Origin: Octopus sinensis
Taxonomy: Eukaryota
Assembly: GCF_006345805.1 (NCBI RefSeq)
Contig: NC_043001.1
Coordinates: forward strand, 111,290,001-111,354,000
DNA length: 64,000 nt
Direction: 5' to 3'
Shown here: positions 24,391 through 38,050 of the stretch, one piece after another
Position numbering within the stretch: position 1 is the first letter of the stretch
Layout: each line of letters opens with the position of its first letter
Translations under genes and position numbers: made by a program
The notes under the pieces: generated by a model
Databases searched by the model: none
The model's input: the letters and a program-made list of their open reading frames with translations, nothing else
Told to the model about the DNA's origin: nothing

Positions 24391-24662
24391 AAAATTGTAA
24401 GAGGATTAATACCTCGTTTGTTATTAATAATGGACTGCTAAGCCCAAAAATTGGAAAAATTGTAAGAGGTTTTATACCTCGTTTTGTGTTTATCTTTTTA
24501 AAAAGAACAATGTTTTAGAGAAGCAAAAGTCGGCGGGCGCTTTCTGTCTTCTCCCATCCTTATCATCTTTCTTTCATTATCATTCACCTCATTAATGTCC
24601 TCGTCCAGCACGCAAACCTAACTTAATCTGTGTACTGCCTTTATGGCAAATGTTTTGAAATA

Positions 24663-24805
24663 AAGTAGCTTGCTAACCAACCACATGGTTCCGGATTCAG
24701 TCCCACTGCGTGGCATCTTGGGCAAGTGTCTTCTACTATAGCCTCGGGCCGACTAGAGCCTTGTGAGTGGATTTGGTAGACGGAAACTGAAAGAAGACTG
24801 TCGTA

Positions 24806-24867
<62 letters not shown>

Positions 24868-25100
24868 ATTATATAGTGTGTGTGTATATGTTTGTGAGTC
24901 TGTGTTTGTCCCCCTAGCATTGCTTGACAACCGATGCTGGTGTGTTTACGTCCCCGTCACCTAGCGGTTCGGCAAAAGAGACTGATAGAATAAGTACTGG
25001 GCTTACAAAGAATAAGTCCCGGTGTCGATTTGCTCGACTAAAGGCGGTGCTCCAGCATGACCGCAGTCAAATGACTGAAACAAGTAAAAGAGTAAAGAGT
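24663..25100 (+). mobile_element. Family B SINE, remainder after the insertion
   Basis: AAGTAGCTTGCTAACCAACCACATGG... continues exactly as in the copy at 9028. Confidence 0.9.
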
Positions 25101-27302
25101 AATATATGTGTACGTGTGTGCGTGTGTGTCTATCTACCTATCTATCTTTGTACATAGTGTACTGCTCCGTGTTGTGTTGGTAAAATCAACAAAAGAACTA
25201 CTGTATCTGGTGTGAGATTAATATTATTTAGTAAATACGATATATTTTTTATGTGCTCCTTTTAGTTTCATGCGATGAAAGCATGACAGGCAGTATTTTT
25301 TTAACACGTCTCGTGTTTCAGCACAATCTTCAGGCACTGCCTACATGGCATAACAATATGATAGGATAAGAGAAAAATCAAGAAAATACGAGAAAGAAGT
25401 AGATATAAAAGATGGTAGGTTTAAAAACGGAAACCGGAAACAGAAAGAAGCAACAGGGTGAAGGAGTGATTAAGAGTTATTTCACCTTAGACTGCGAAAC
25501 ATAAAGAAGAACAGATGGTGCTATCGAGTCTGCGGTATAGCTGCTCCGTATGGAGTGGATGATACTTTCCAGTTGGCCCAAGTAACTTAGTGTTATGCTT
25601 ACAAACGCTGAACATTTCGGATCTAGAATTTAGCTGTGTTAGAGTTATTGGGTCTGAAAAGGATGTGAATTCTTTCAGCTAGTGATATCTTACATCCTTT
25701 TGATGTTATATTTGAAGTTAACAGTGAATAGAAAAATATTGATCAACGATAATTGAATAACATCGATTGTTACTTTATTTTATAGACAAAGTGTATTTCA
25801 TCTAACAGCCGTTTCTGCTTCCGATGTTCCTCGATGTTGCCATTGAAAATTTTGAGAAAGATATTCGTCATATTTTGTAACATATCCGAACTTGAACATG
25901 GTGCTTCATCACTGTGAAGAAAAATACATAAAATGAAGGAAACGAAAAGAAAAAGAACCTCGAGAAAAAATAAGAAAGGCTTAATATATTTAAATCATAT
26001 GTGACGCTCCATAACGTTGAGTAAATGACTCAACTATAAATACTAATTGGTGTGTTAATTTTTCTTTAGGGGTAACAGGTTGTATAAATGATGAAAAAGG
26101 TAAAATAAAAACTTTAACGTAACGGGATACGCCAATAGGTCTACAAAAAGAGAGAGTGATAGTGCCATAACGTTTTGAAGTAATCAGAATAGATCTGAAT
26201 GTTACGTTAAATAGTAGCAAGTAATCGTTGTCGAGAACCAGAGCGAGTCGCAGAAGACCCTTGAGTCGCTTAAGGAAACGACTTCCAGGTCGGATTCCAA
26301 AAGTGACAGGAGCGCGGAGATTGGTCTTTTGTTGCGGAAGGTGACTATTTAGAAAGAGATGATGTTAAAACTTAGGTAAATAAGATATTTTTTGAAACCT
26401 AACTAGTCCGTGAACCTTTTGCTACCAACCCGTATATATATGTCTTCACATTTTGAATTCAATTTACTCCGGATTTGAATTTGTCTTACATCTTTTCTGA
26501 GTTGGTGATATAAGTGCTAGTTCAGCACTGGATTCTATGTAATCGGCTTACATCTCCCGAAGAAAATCAGGCATAGTGCCTATAATAGACATAGTTATGA
26601 AAATTGATCTAAAATAATAATTTAACATTTATATGAGAATGCGTGCCTGCACGTGTATGGTTATGTGTGCACTAGTGTGTGTGTGTGTTTGTGTGAATGT
26701 ATGCCTGAGCCTCTGAGAGTACGCGTGTGTGGGTCTGTGAGTGAGTGCGTGTATGTGACACTGGAAGCCTGTATATGTGTGTCTGCGTGTTTGTGTATGT
26801 CTGTATCTGTCTCAGTGTGTGTGTGTGTAAGTTTGTGTGTGCCCGTTTCTCTGTTAGTACGCGCGTGTGGATCTGTGAGCGGGTGAGTGAGTGTATGTGC
26901 CTCTGCGAGCCCGTGTGAGTGTGTCTACGTGTGTGTGTATGTGTATCTGTATGTGTGTGTGTTTGTTTGCGTTGGTGTATCTAATATTGAGACTGCGATA
27001 TCAAACGTTCTATTACTATTTTCTCCATACGAGAAACTCATTGAATAGTAATTAATCAGCGTATGGTTTGCAAATTATAAAGCAGGGAGTAAATTGGTGA
27101 GATGTTGATAGAATAACGTGGAAGTAATATATACAAGCAAAACATATACAAGCAGCGTGTTCGGAGGATTTAATATTTAAATGATATTTGATGTTTTCGT
27201 GGTAACATGCAAAATACATTAGCGAAATATACCATACATAATATACATGCGTACATACATACGTACGTGAATACGTAAATATTAGTATGTATACACATAT
27301 AT

Positions 27303-27965
27303 TCCCTTGATCACCTTGACCGACCAGTCCGTCGGGCGTCCATTTGATACCGCTGGTCATAGCACGCTGTCCACTCCTCTCTTGATCGCGCCTTCCTCAT
27401 CCACGTGATCCCAATCATCCTCCTGAAATCGTAACTCCACCGTCGTGGAGGCCGTCCGAGTAACCGCTCGCGCGGGTACCACTCAACAACTGCGCGGATC
27501 CACCGATTATCGGTGAGCCGGGCGACGTGTTCAGCCCATCTAAACTTGCTGCGTTTTTATTCTACGATGACATCCCTCACGCCGGACTTCTCTCTGATGA
27601 CCTCGCTACTGATGTGCTCTCTCAACGAGATTCCAAGCATTGATCCCTCGATGGTTCTTTGAGCTCTTACCAATCTCTGTTCTTCTCCTGTTGTTGTATC
27701 CCATGTTTCACTACCATATACCATTGCAGGTAGAACTGTGCTATTGATAAGGTTGGCGCGGGTGGTCCTGTCAAACCTTCCCTTAAGCACATACCTTATG
27801 CCATTAAACGCCTTCCATCCGGCATTTAATCATCGTGAGATCTCCTGTTCGATATCTCGGCACATATTCACTTCCTATCCCAGGTAGGCATATTCCTTTA
27901 CCTTCTCCTCTATATAGGTAAAGGAGACAAGGAAAATATATATTGACACACCCACGCATATTGGT
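27303..27965 (-). pseudogene. 3' fragment of an RTE-clade LINE (RT C-terminal region)
   Basis: NSTVLPAMVYGSETW...RAQRTIEGSMLGISLREHISSEVIREKSGVRDV followed by frameshifted RW.EHVARL...W...GRPP.RW motifs typical of RTE. Confidence 0.85.
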
Positions 27966-27996
27966 TTCAGATTTTGGCATTTGGCACAAAGTCAAC

Positions 27997-28186
27997 AATT
28001 TTGGGACAGAGTTAAGTCGATTACATCGATCTTAGGGCTCAACTGCTGCTTATTTCATGGGCCCGAAAGGATGATAGGCAAAGTCGACCTCGGCGAAATT
28101 TGAACTCAGAATGCAAAGATGAACGAAATGCCGTTAGACATTTTGGCTGGCGTGATAATGATAACGATTCCGTCAGCTCGCCGTTT
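27997..28186 (-). mobile_element. Family A SINE, monomer
   Basis: GTCGACCTCGGCGAAATTTGAACTCAGAA core; CAGCTCGCCG head end. Confidence 0.75.
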
Positions 28187-29327
28187 TCGCGTGTGTATGT
28201 GGTGTGTGTGTGTGTGTGTGTGTGTGTTTGTATGTGTGCGTGTTTGTGTATGTGTGTGTGTGTCTGTGTGTGTGTTTGTGTGTGTGTGTGTTTGTGTGTG
28301 TGTCTGTGTGTGTGTTTGTGTGTGTGCGTGTTTGTGTGTATGTGTTTGTGTGTACGTGCGTGTGTGTGTTTGTGTGTGCGTGTGTGTGCATGCGTGTCTG
28401 TGTGTGTTAAATGGTATCTTTTTATATAACTTCATTTAATTTATTTCTTATCTAAATTGTTTCCTCTTTTCATCTGTTTGTCTCTTAATTTTTTACTGCT
28501 TTCATCTGTAAAGTTTTCTTCGTTGTAATTTTTAGTATTCTTTCATCTCTGATTAAGGATCCGCTACAACCTTCTTCACAGATTTCTTCTTTAAGGTTTC
28601 ATCTTCATTTTTGCCTTTTTCCTTTCTTACCCCGTTTTCTTTTTCCTCAGTCATTTCCTTCTGTCCCTTCTTTGTTTCTTTCTTCTTGGTTTCTTCAAGT
28701 AGGGATGAAATTAAAAGAAAACGTCAAGCAGAAGACGCAATGCTTCAACAGAAAAAGAGAAACATACAGTATTTAATATTATTTGTCCCACGAGTTCAGC
28801 AGCTCACCTCTTTCATCAATTATGCATTCAGCGTATATATTCGATCGTAAAATGTCTGTAAAATATTTATACCAACATCTACTGACATGTTTTCTGCGTA
28901 AATGATTTCGCTTCAATTATTTAACGGTATTAATGATGAAGAATATAATGGTGTAAAGATACTTTTGAAATTTATTTCATAAGACTTTAAAAGAAAATAC
29001 AAAGAAGTCGTATGTCTTCTGTAGATTATTTATATTTACTCTTGAGATAAGGTTTCAAATTTGATATTTAATCTCATGGGAGCTTTCCTGTGTTCATTTC
29101 TTTTCTTCTAAGCAAAAACTATCCAGAGCACTGCATAGTCTCACCAAAAAAAATTACTGCGTCTCTGTGTGTGCGCGCGCGCTGGTCTGCGTGGGCATTC
29201 GTGTGAGCATGCGTGTTTCTGTGTGCATGTGTATGCTCGTGTGTGCGCGTGTGTGTATGTACGCGCGCGCGCGTGTGTGTGTACAAAGCGGTAGATATAT
29301 AGAAATATAAATAGACAGACAGACACA

Positions 29328-29440
<113 letters not shown>

Positions 29441-30099
29441 ATCTTTAAAGTTCATAATCTGACATCAGAGATAAAAGTGACGAGGATCTGTCTAATCCTC
29501 CGTAGAAGTTCTCGTGTTGTATATGAAGAGGATTAGTGTTAGAGGATCATAAACCTTCGCTGACACTAAACATGTTCGTGTATATATACACAGAATGCAC
29601 AACAAAAAAACACACTTATAGACTCACCACCACCACAAAAACGTCAGAGAAACAGCGGTAAACATCTAACTGTATGTTTGTTTGTTTTTTAATCACTTAT
29701 TGATATAAGTTCGAATATGAAGTCTTCGTATATCGAGTTACCTATCTATGAAAACTAATGATTCGAGTTTTCTGGATTTTCTTGTCTTACAGCTTAATTG
29801 TATTAATCCGCACATCAATATCACTCTTGCATAACTACCTTCATGAAGTTTGCTATATAAAGCCCGCTCGCAGTTATCGGCTACCATATGCTATTATATA
29901 ACAAAATGAGGTTACTTCACTGATGTTACATCTGAGAATCCGTAAATATCCGCAGAGTTTACAAAAACATTGACAAACAGAATGGGTGAGCGATTCGCTG
30001 TTTTACATAATCATTCAATTGCTTCATTGGCACATTACTAAGACATTTTTTTCTATGATGCCATTTTATTATATACGAAATAATGGTGCGAATCAGTAT

Positions 30100-30434
30100 C
30101 ATTTAAGTTGAGACCCCCTTCGGTTATGACTGACCGTGGGATTGCACCTAGAAAGTTACCCTCCCAGGAAAAACTCCGGCCAAGGTTGTTCATGGAAGAC
30201 CAGCAGTTGCCCATGCATACCGGCCTCCCCTCTCCACGCCGGCGTTATCCAAGGGAAAGGCAAACGGGCCGATAGAGCTTGGCATCAGTGACGACGCAAC
30301 TCATTTCTGCAGCTGAATGAACTGGAGCAACGTGAAATAAAATGTCTTACTCAAGAACAGAACACGCAGCCCTGTACGGGATTCGAACTCACAAACTCAT
30401 GATCATAAGATCGACGCTCTAACCACCGAGGCAT
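30100..30434 (-). mobile_element. Family C SINE, near full length
   Basis: Minus strand has an A box (GGTGGTTAGAGCG), a B box (GAGTTCGAATCCC), the TTGAGTAAGAC..GTTGCTCCAGTTCA core and a 3' body ending CATAACCGAAGGGGGTCT. Confidence 0.8.
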
Positions 30435-30439
30435 TTGTG

Positions 30440-30493
<54 letters not shown>

Positions 30494-31235
30494 AATTACA
30501 GACGATCAAGAGTCCTTCCCGACCCAAAGTCCTTCCCGACCCATAAGGCGGAATGCCAGAAGTCTGTTATATACTTTTCTGCTGGATATGATGCCAGCCC
30601 GTCTCAGGTTACTCTTGGGAGCTGAGGGAACTTCAGTAATATGATGTGAAATATTTTGCTCGAGATGCAACATATCACACGGCCCTGTGTTTGGGAGCAC
30701 AATTTTACAAACATGAGTATAACACCATAACCACTAAACCACGCGCCACCACCCTCACACACACACGCACACACACACTCACACACACACAGTTATATAT
30801 GATCTGCGATCGTTTTATTCCAATGTTAGATCGTTACGCATTAGTTTGTTTGGCGTAGTGATCCGAAATCTTATGTAATACAGCCACAATTTCTTTCAGT
30901 ATAGTACAAGTAAACATATCTAAGCCGTATTAACAAGATACTTTGCATTCTTTACATAATTCAGTCATCATTCTTGCCAAGATTTCAGAAAATGTTTACA
31001 GGTAAATGGATATAATGTATACAAAATGGCCAAAGTCGCAATAAGAGCAATTAGCAGAAATATTTATTTGAATTATATTCAAGAGTTCTACATTTATTTG
31101 CTGGTACTCAACACGTGAACATATAAATATATGTATGCACGTATATACGGTTGCTTGTATAGCTATACATATGTGTAGGTATACATATACAAACACACAT
31201 GTTCCTAGGTACATATATATATATATGTGTGTGTG

Positions 31236-31369
<134 letters not shown>

Positions 31370-31736
31370 GTTATATATATATATGTGTGTGTGTGTGTGT
31401 ATGTGTGTTTGTATTTATGTGTATTTATGTGCATTCTTGCATTCTTCAACTATTACATATAAATCCAATGCACATTCCACTATCGTAGTGGTAAGCAAAT
31501 TATTTGTAGTTTCTCTTTTAGCCGTTTGATTACAGAAGCATTACGACCCCGTACCTAACACATAAAAGCACATTCTTCTCATAGATGCGAACATATGGAG
31601 ATACAAACTTATCCTCCATACATGTATACACATACACACACACACACACATATATATATAGCTATATGTATATATAATTACATATGTATATATATATAAG
31701 TCAGTAAATGGTGGGCTTGCATTTATGTATTTATAT

Positions 31737-31792
<56 letters not shown>

Positions 31793-32220
31793 TGTATGTA
31801 TGTATGTATATATGTATCTATGTATGTATTTATAGAAATATGTATGTATATATACACGCACGCATACGCACACTTAAATATATGTATATGTACGTATACA
31901 TAATTACATATATATATATATATGTATTTATAAAAATATTTTTCTATATATACATATACGGACGCACGCACACACACACACACACATATTTATATATGTA
32001 TTTATAAAAATATTTTTTTATATTTACATACACGAACGCACACACACAAATATTTATATATGTATATCACTTGCATTGGTTTGGGAACCTTCTTTTTTGT
32101 ATATAAAGGGTTGTATATACTCGCATATATGAATGCATGTATATATATATATGGTGCCTATACATATGTATGTATGTGACTCCACCCTTTCACGGCATCC
32201 TGAATGCTATAATACCTGCA

Positions 32221-32241
32221 TAGATAGTTAGACAGATAGAC

Positions 32242-32330
<89 letters not shown>
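32221..32330. repeat. (GATA)n array, left flank of the Tx1 insertion
   Basis: Directly visible. Confidence 0.95.
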
Positions 32331-33450
32331 TGTTTCTTTATTAGCCACACAGGGCTGCACACAGATAGAACAAATTACAAGGTAGAGCTTTTCTTTTGAA
32401 GGTATTAAAAAAAAAAAAAAAAAAAGGAAGGGGGAGGTTCGATCAAAAGGGATCGTAAAAGGAGAGAAAGAGGACAAAAATAAGGGGGGTTATAAAAAAA
32501 AAAAAAAAAAAAAAGGGGGGGGAGAGGAAAAAAAAATGATCAATAGGGATCGTTATCACAGAAATGTCAATATGAAGTGTAAAGGGGAGGACAGGTGAGG
32601 TTTACCCGTGGAAAGAAAAGCCTGCGGAAAAGACCACGGTAACCTCGGTCAATGAAGTCACATTTTATATTTTTTTTTTTTTTTTTTTTTTTTGCAAATA
32701 AGCAACTCTCTGTTTTCGATTTCTGGGTTCATAGGACTATGCTCAAGGTGGCTTCGTCATTCATACGTGCCATTCTTGCTACATTCACCCATCTTTTTTT
32801 AAAACATTCGCTAGACAAAACTTGCCTCTCTACTCTCACTTTCCTTTTCAAGTGGTACTTGAAGAAGTTGATGAGAGATTGACCAGAGAGGAAAGTGTTT
32901 GTCTCCAATCCTTTCAGACGCGTCCACCAGATACATTCTTTCGCCATAGCCACAAGGATGATGAAAATAGCTCTTCCTTCCCGTTTGAAGGAAGGAGGCG
33001 TGACAATATTGACGATAGACTCAGCTGATAAACCGACTCGTCCCACACGTGACAGCAGTTGTTCGACATAAGCCCACAGGTCGGAAATTGTTGGACACTG
33101 AACGAGTGCGTGCAGAACGGTTTCGTCGCTCTGACCGCATCTCGGGCAGGTCGGCCCCGTGTTTCTCGAGCAGTGTCTGTAGAGCTTATCCCGAACGGGT
33201 AGCGTTCTCGGTAGCACTGCCAGGCCAGGGATCTCTGGAAGTTGTCCATGGGCCCTGGCCCGAAAGTCGTCCCGAACAGGCGGGTCAGGTACTCCTCGTC
33301 GACGTCCAGGTTCGCCCCGAGCTCGTCGTCGTACCTCCCCTCCACTAAACCCCTATAGAATGCTTTGGTTGTGTTGAAGTCACTTAAGGTCGACCCAGGA
33401 CGGCAGAGTTGCTTGAGAGCAACGCGACACTCGCGGTGCCATTCGCCCTT
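32331..33450 (-). mobile_element. 5'-truncated Tx1/L1-clade LINE (ORF2 C-terminus plus 3' UTR) inserted in a GATA array
   Basis: zf-RVT-type CPRC...ETVLHALVQC motif, a single 1-bp frameshift near 33206 (R E A L PVRDKL), and a 3' UTR ending AATAAAGAAACA directly into (TATC)n. Confidence 0.85.
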
Positions 33451-33946
<496 letters not shown>

Positions 33947-35709
33947 GTACGTATGTATGTATATTTGTATAAGTCTATTACTTAGATTTAGAGGCCCTCA
34001 CGTCTTGAGACGCACGCGAGAGTCAAGTTGCCCCACAGATCACTGTTCGTTGAGTCTATCAAGACGTTATTCCATGTTCCTTTCAATCAGTTGCATGTCC
34101 CTCACTGATTGTTTTGTGCCAAATCCTATTCGGGCATCGTCACTGTCCCTTTTACATAGGTTTTTCACTGAACGACTTCTTTGATGAATCTTTCGCGTGA
34201 GAGTCGTATTAAGCGATCCAGCCTTCCCGGATGGCTTTTACACGCAGATTTATGTAAAGTTTGTTGGTTGGTCTTTGTTCCAGTTCTTAGTTTGTGTTGA
34301 AGTCACTCCATTTGAATGTATGCATTTACTATGAAAACCATCCAATCTCCTCTCTTGTGTGTTTTACATCTACCACGTTGGGCACTCATAAGGTAGAAAT
34401 GCCAGCATATTACTGCTGTAGAACCACATGATTTTTGCTTGGCTGGAACAATGTTTTAGCCCAATGAAGAAAACCAACAGCGTAGAGAAGAAATCTACTT
34501 TCGGCATATATAATGAACTGAGTTTGGTTGACGGCAACAACAATACTAGTTTGAAGACTGCATTGGGAATTTCCTCTCATGCAAAGACAGATTGGTGGGT
34601 ATACATTATGGTAGTGTTTTCAGCTTAAAAGCAGGACGTTTCCATGAGGGATTCTAATGGGTCATTGGAGTAAGGCAAAAGAGTCACACAGTACTATCAA
34701 TATGTTATTTTGATTGGTAAGTTATGTTGAATTGAAGTAGAAAGCTGGAGGTGACTTGAAGATCTTGAGTTTTCAACTGGAATTCCAAAGGGTTATACGA
34801 ACTTTTGCTCCTTCATGTATGTACGCCTATATGTATACATGTGTGCATGTGTGTATACGTGTATTTTTGAATGTATCAGCTTCTTTATATCAAAAAAGGG
34901 CGACCCAAACTATAAGAATAAAGTTCTAAAACCTTTATATAGATTTTAAAACTTGGGGTTTTACGCAGGAAGCGTTCGGCAAATACGCTTGCTCCTCCAT
35001 TAAGGAAAATGAAGACAAACGAATATAAAAGCAAAGAAGGAAGAAGGGGAAAAAATTGGGAAAGTTTAATGGGATCATTTGGATAGGCGTAAGTAAATTC
35101 TATATTTTGTGAACATAAAGGTGATATATTTTCTTTTCTGTCTTTCACATTGATACACTTCAGATTGAGTAATGGAAGAGAAATTAGATCAAAATAATTA
35201 AGAATTATTGATTTAAAGCAGAGAAGTTTAATTAGGTTTCCTAATTATATAATGGAAGTCGTTAATTTCAAGGTATTAAACTATAAAGTGATTATAAAAA
35301 TTAAGTTAGAAGATACAATAGAAAATTATCCAAATAAACAGATAAATTTGTTATATAATTACAAACGGAACTAAGTGAAATATAGGAAAGCTAATACCAA
35401 AAGGAAATGACGGAACAAATAAAAATAAGATTAATTGTGAAAGCCGGATATGCACTGTGGTATAGATATTCGTTTAACTTCAAGTATATTCGTATCATAT
35501 TCGTACGAATTGCAGGCGAAAATCTAGTAGAGACGGAATAGGGCCCGGAACATTACTTTGCCTTAGCTATAGCACAGGTTAAGTCTTTTTAAATTCATTT
35601 TGTCGGTATTGTATCAGTAAATTATGCTGTGGGTGTGAACCCAGAACCATGTTGTTAGGAAGCAGGTTCCGTACCACGCAGCCACGTTTGTGCCAATAAA
35701 TACAAAAAT

Positions 35710-35760
<51 letters not shown>

Positions 35761-35763
<3 letters not shown>

Positions 35764-35830
35764 TTAAATCCTTAAATCCTTAAAAATGTTTTAGCCCGAA
35801 GGCCGCGGCCATGCTGGGGCACCACCGCTG
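35761..35830 (-). mobile_element. Isolated 3' tail of a CR1-related LINE/SINE with (TTTAAGGA)n terminus
   Basis: Minus strand GGTGGTGCCCCAGCATGGCCGCGGCCTTCGGGCTAAAAC then (TTTAAGGA)3; homologous to the LINE tail at 60339-60376. Confidence 0.7.
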
Positions 35831-35904
35831 AATGAGCCACACTAGTTTGTGAATCCACCTCTGATACGTGGCACTTGATCAACAAGGGAGTTGATATATA
35901 TATA

Positions 35905-35980
35905 CAATGATAATAGTAATAATAATAATAATAATAATAACAACAACAACAACAACAACAACAAAAACAACAACAACAAC

Positions 35981-36049
<69 letters not shown>

Positions 36050-36330
36050 TTGAGGGAATATTATTTCTAACTTACAGGGAAAAATTCAACTTAGAAATAC
36101 GAAATCAAATTTCACAAAATATAATATATATTTAAAAATTAGAAAAAAACACCTTTTATCAATTCAAAATGAACGATTAACTTACACCATCTAGAAAACT
36201 ACATATAATAGAAATATTAAATATAAAATAACAATAATATATAGTGACGTATATTTTCCATTTGAATATGGCTAACCCTAAGGGTGAATGTTACTGTAGT
36301 TTGTAGCCCCAGGAGGACACGATGTATTAC
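35905..36330. repeat. (AAT)n/(AAC)n microsatellite plus an adjacent AT-rich interspersed repeat
   Basis: 36150-36250 is the reverse complement of about 9530-9630, and similar sequence lies at about 10700-10880; family unassigned. Confidence 0.6.
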
Positions 36331-36367
36331 TGCTACTGTTTATAACTCGCTCTGAGATTTATCATTG

Positions 36368-36452
<85 letters not shown>

Positions 36453-37740
36453 GAATGCATGCATGTATGTATAAATTTACACGTACTTGTAAATATGTAC
36501 ATTGTTTTTATTGTTATTTGGTAATTTATTCAATTTCCCAGTGAAGGAGATGATTTTAATCAATCAAGTGATTTTATTGTAAGGAGTTTGATATACCACT
36601 ATTTCTCTATCTTCTTCAAGCCGATAGCACTGGCCAAACTGAATTATTTTTGTTAGGTAATTTTTGTACATATTTTTAAAATTACCTACACGATAAGAGT
36701 TTTCTACACATTTGTTATATACCTAAGGCCCTTGACTACTTGTGATAAGATCGGTCATTTTTCGTGCCGATGGGACCTATAGAACCTCAAACTCATGTCT
36801 GCTAACATGAAATATTTATCTTAATACATTAACCATAATGTATTAACCATAATCTGCAGTGTCCGAAATTCTTCAATACCTTACGTTTACGGGAAGAAAT
36901 ATTTATTGTTAGTGGGTGTATTAGCAAAAGAATTAGGAGAATCTCAGTAATGCAGATCTTACGAGTTTATTTGTTTTAAGTGCATCATTTTAACAGAGTA
37001 TTCTTCGTTTTCACTTTTTAGAATAAGAGAGTGAATTTCTTCGTTTTCTTTTTCGCTTTTTGGAATAAATTCAAGGCGTATGTGTTGGGTGATTACAAGG
37101 AAGAACGCATAGTTAAATATGAGTCTAAAATACGCCTTACCTAAGGCGGCAAGCTGATAGACACATTAGCGCACCGAAAAAAAAAAAACTCAATGGCTTT
37201 TTGTCCGGCCTTACGTTCTATATTTAAATGTCACCGTCATAGATCTGTCTTTTATCCCTTTTTAGGATTAATAAAATGATCACTTGTCGGGCAGTGAGAT
37301 CGATGCCTCGACTTATCCTAATCCTCAAAATTGTTGACATAAAAAACAAATTTACTCCCCAGGAGGGTAAATCAGCCGAATCGTTGTGTAAACAACAAAC
37401 AAAATGAGGAAAAATATACGTCGAATGTAAATAATGAGAAATAATGTACATGATACCTCATCTCTTAAGTATAGAACTGTATAAAAGCCAAAATCTAAAG
37501 CCAATATATACCTTAACAAAGTTATCGGTTTTAAGGTACCGTACATTTAACTGGACAGCAGGAATTTGTAAATTAATTAGCATTGGCCGTCATACAGGAC
37601 AAATATTACGCTTAAAACCTTTTTAGTAATTATTAATTTTCCTTCTACCGAAGTGCTTCAATTTCAAGAGTTTAGATGATACAAGAATTGAAAGTGGAAA
37701 TCCTTTTTATGTTTCCTTGTTTTATTTTGAATATCCATAT

Positions 37741-38050
37741 TAAGTATGTAAATTCTGTCATACATATATAAAACTTAAGTATTTCTAATAAATATGGCTT
37801 TATGAATGTGATATCATTCCAACATATATTATTACAAATATTTTGTTGGATTTGTCTAGTGGATATGTGTGCGAGCGCCTTATATTATTTCCATGTTCGA
37901 GGTGAAACGGCTGGTATTTTAAGAAGCCTCTTTATACGTTATCTATCCGTAGAACTTGGAGTGAAGACTTGGACTATAACGTTTAAGAACCTTCTAAGAT
38001 AAATATTCATAAATGTACACATTCACATACCTCACCCCGCACACACACAT
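37741..38050 (+). repeat. Copy 1 of a local about 300-bp duplication
   Basis: Colinear with 40043-40312; the terminal 50 bp match 40385-40437 in reverse orientation. Confidence 0.85.

Larger units (their letters stand above)
22425..24662 (+). mobile_element. ORF1-only non-autonomous Tx1/L1-type retroelement (half-L1/HAL1-like), 2238 bp, 11-bp TSD
   Basis: Exact TSD AAGTAGCTTGC at 22414-22424 and 24663-24673. No TIRs or LTRs. About 700-bp 5' UTR, CCHC-knuckle ORF1, no EN/RT, ends at AATAAA overlapping the TSD. Confidence 0.85.

Noticed and set aside
28631-28692. Minus-strand K/E-rich 62-nt candidate exon ending GGG|GTAAGA
   Set aside because: Weak AAG acceptor, low complexity, stops in neighbouring frames; needs RNA-seq.
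30360-30434. tRNA-like sequence with A and B boxes
   Set aside because: No complete cloverleaf, and it continues into a SINE body; it is a SINE head, as are the others.
34440-34720. Possible Tc1 fossil (RQIGG..IMV.FSA)
   Set aside because: Requires several frameshifts; too weak without a profile search.
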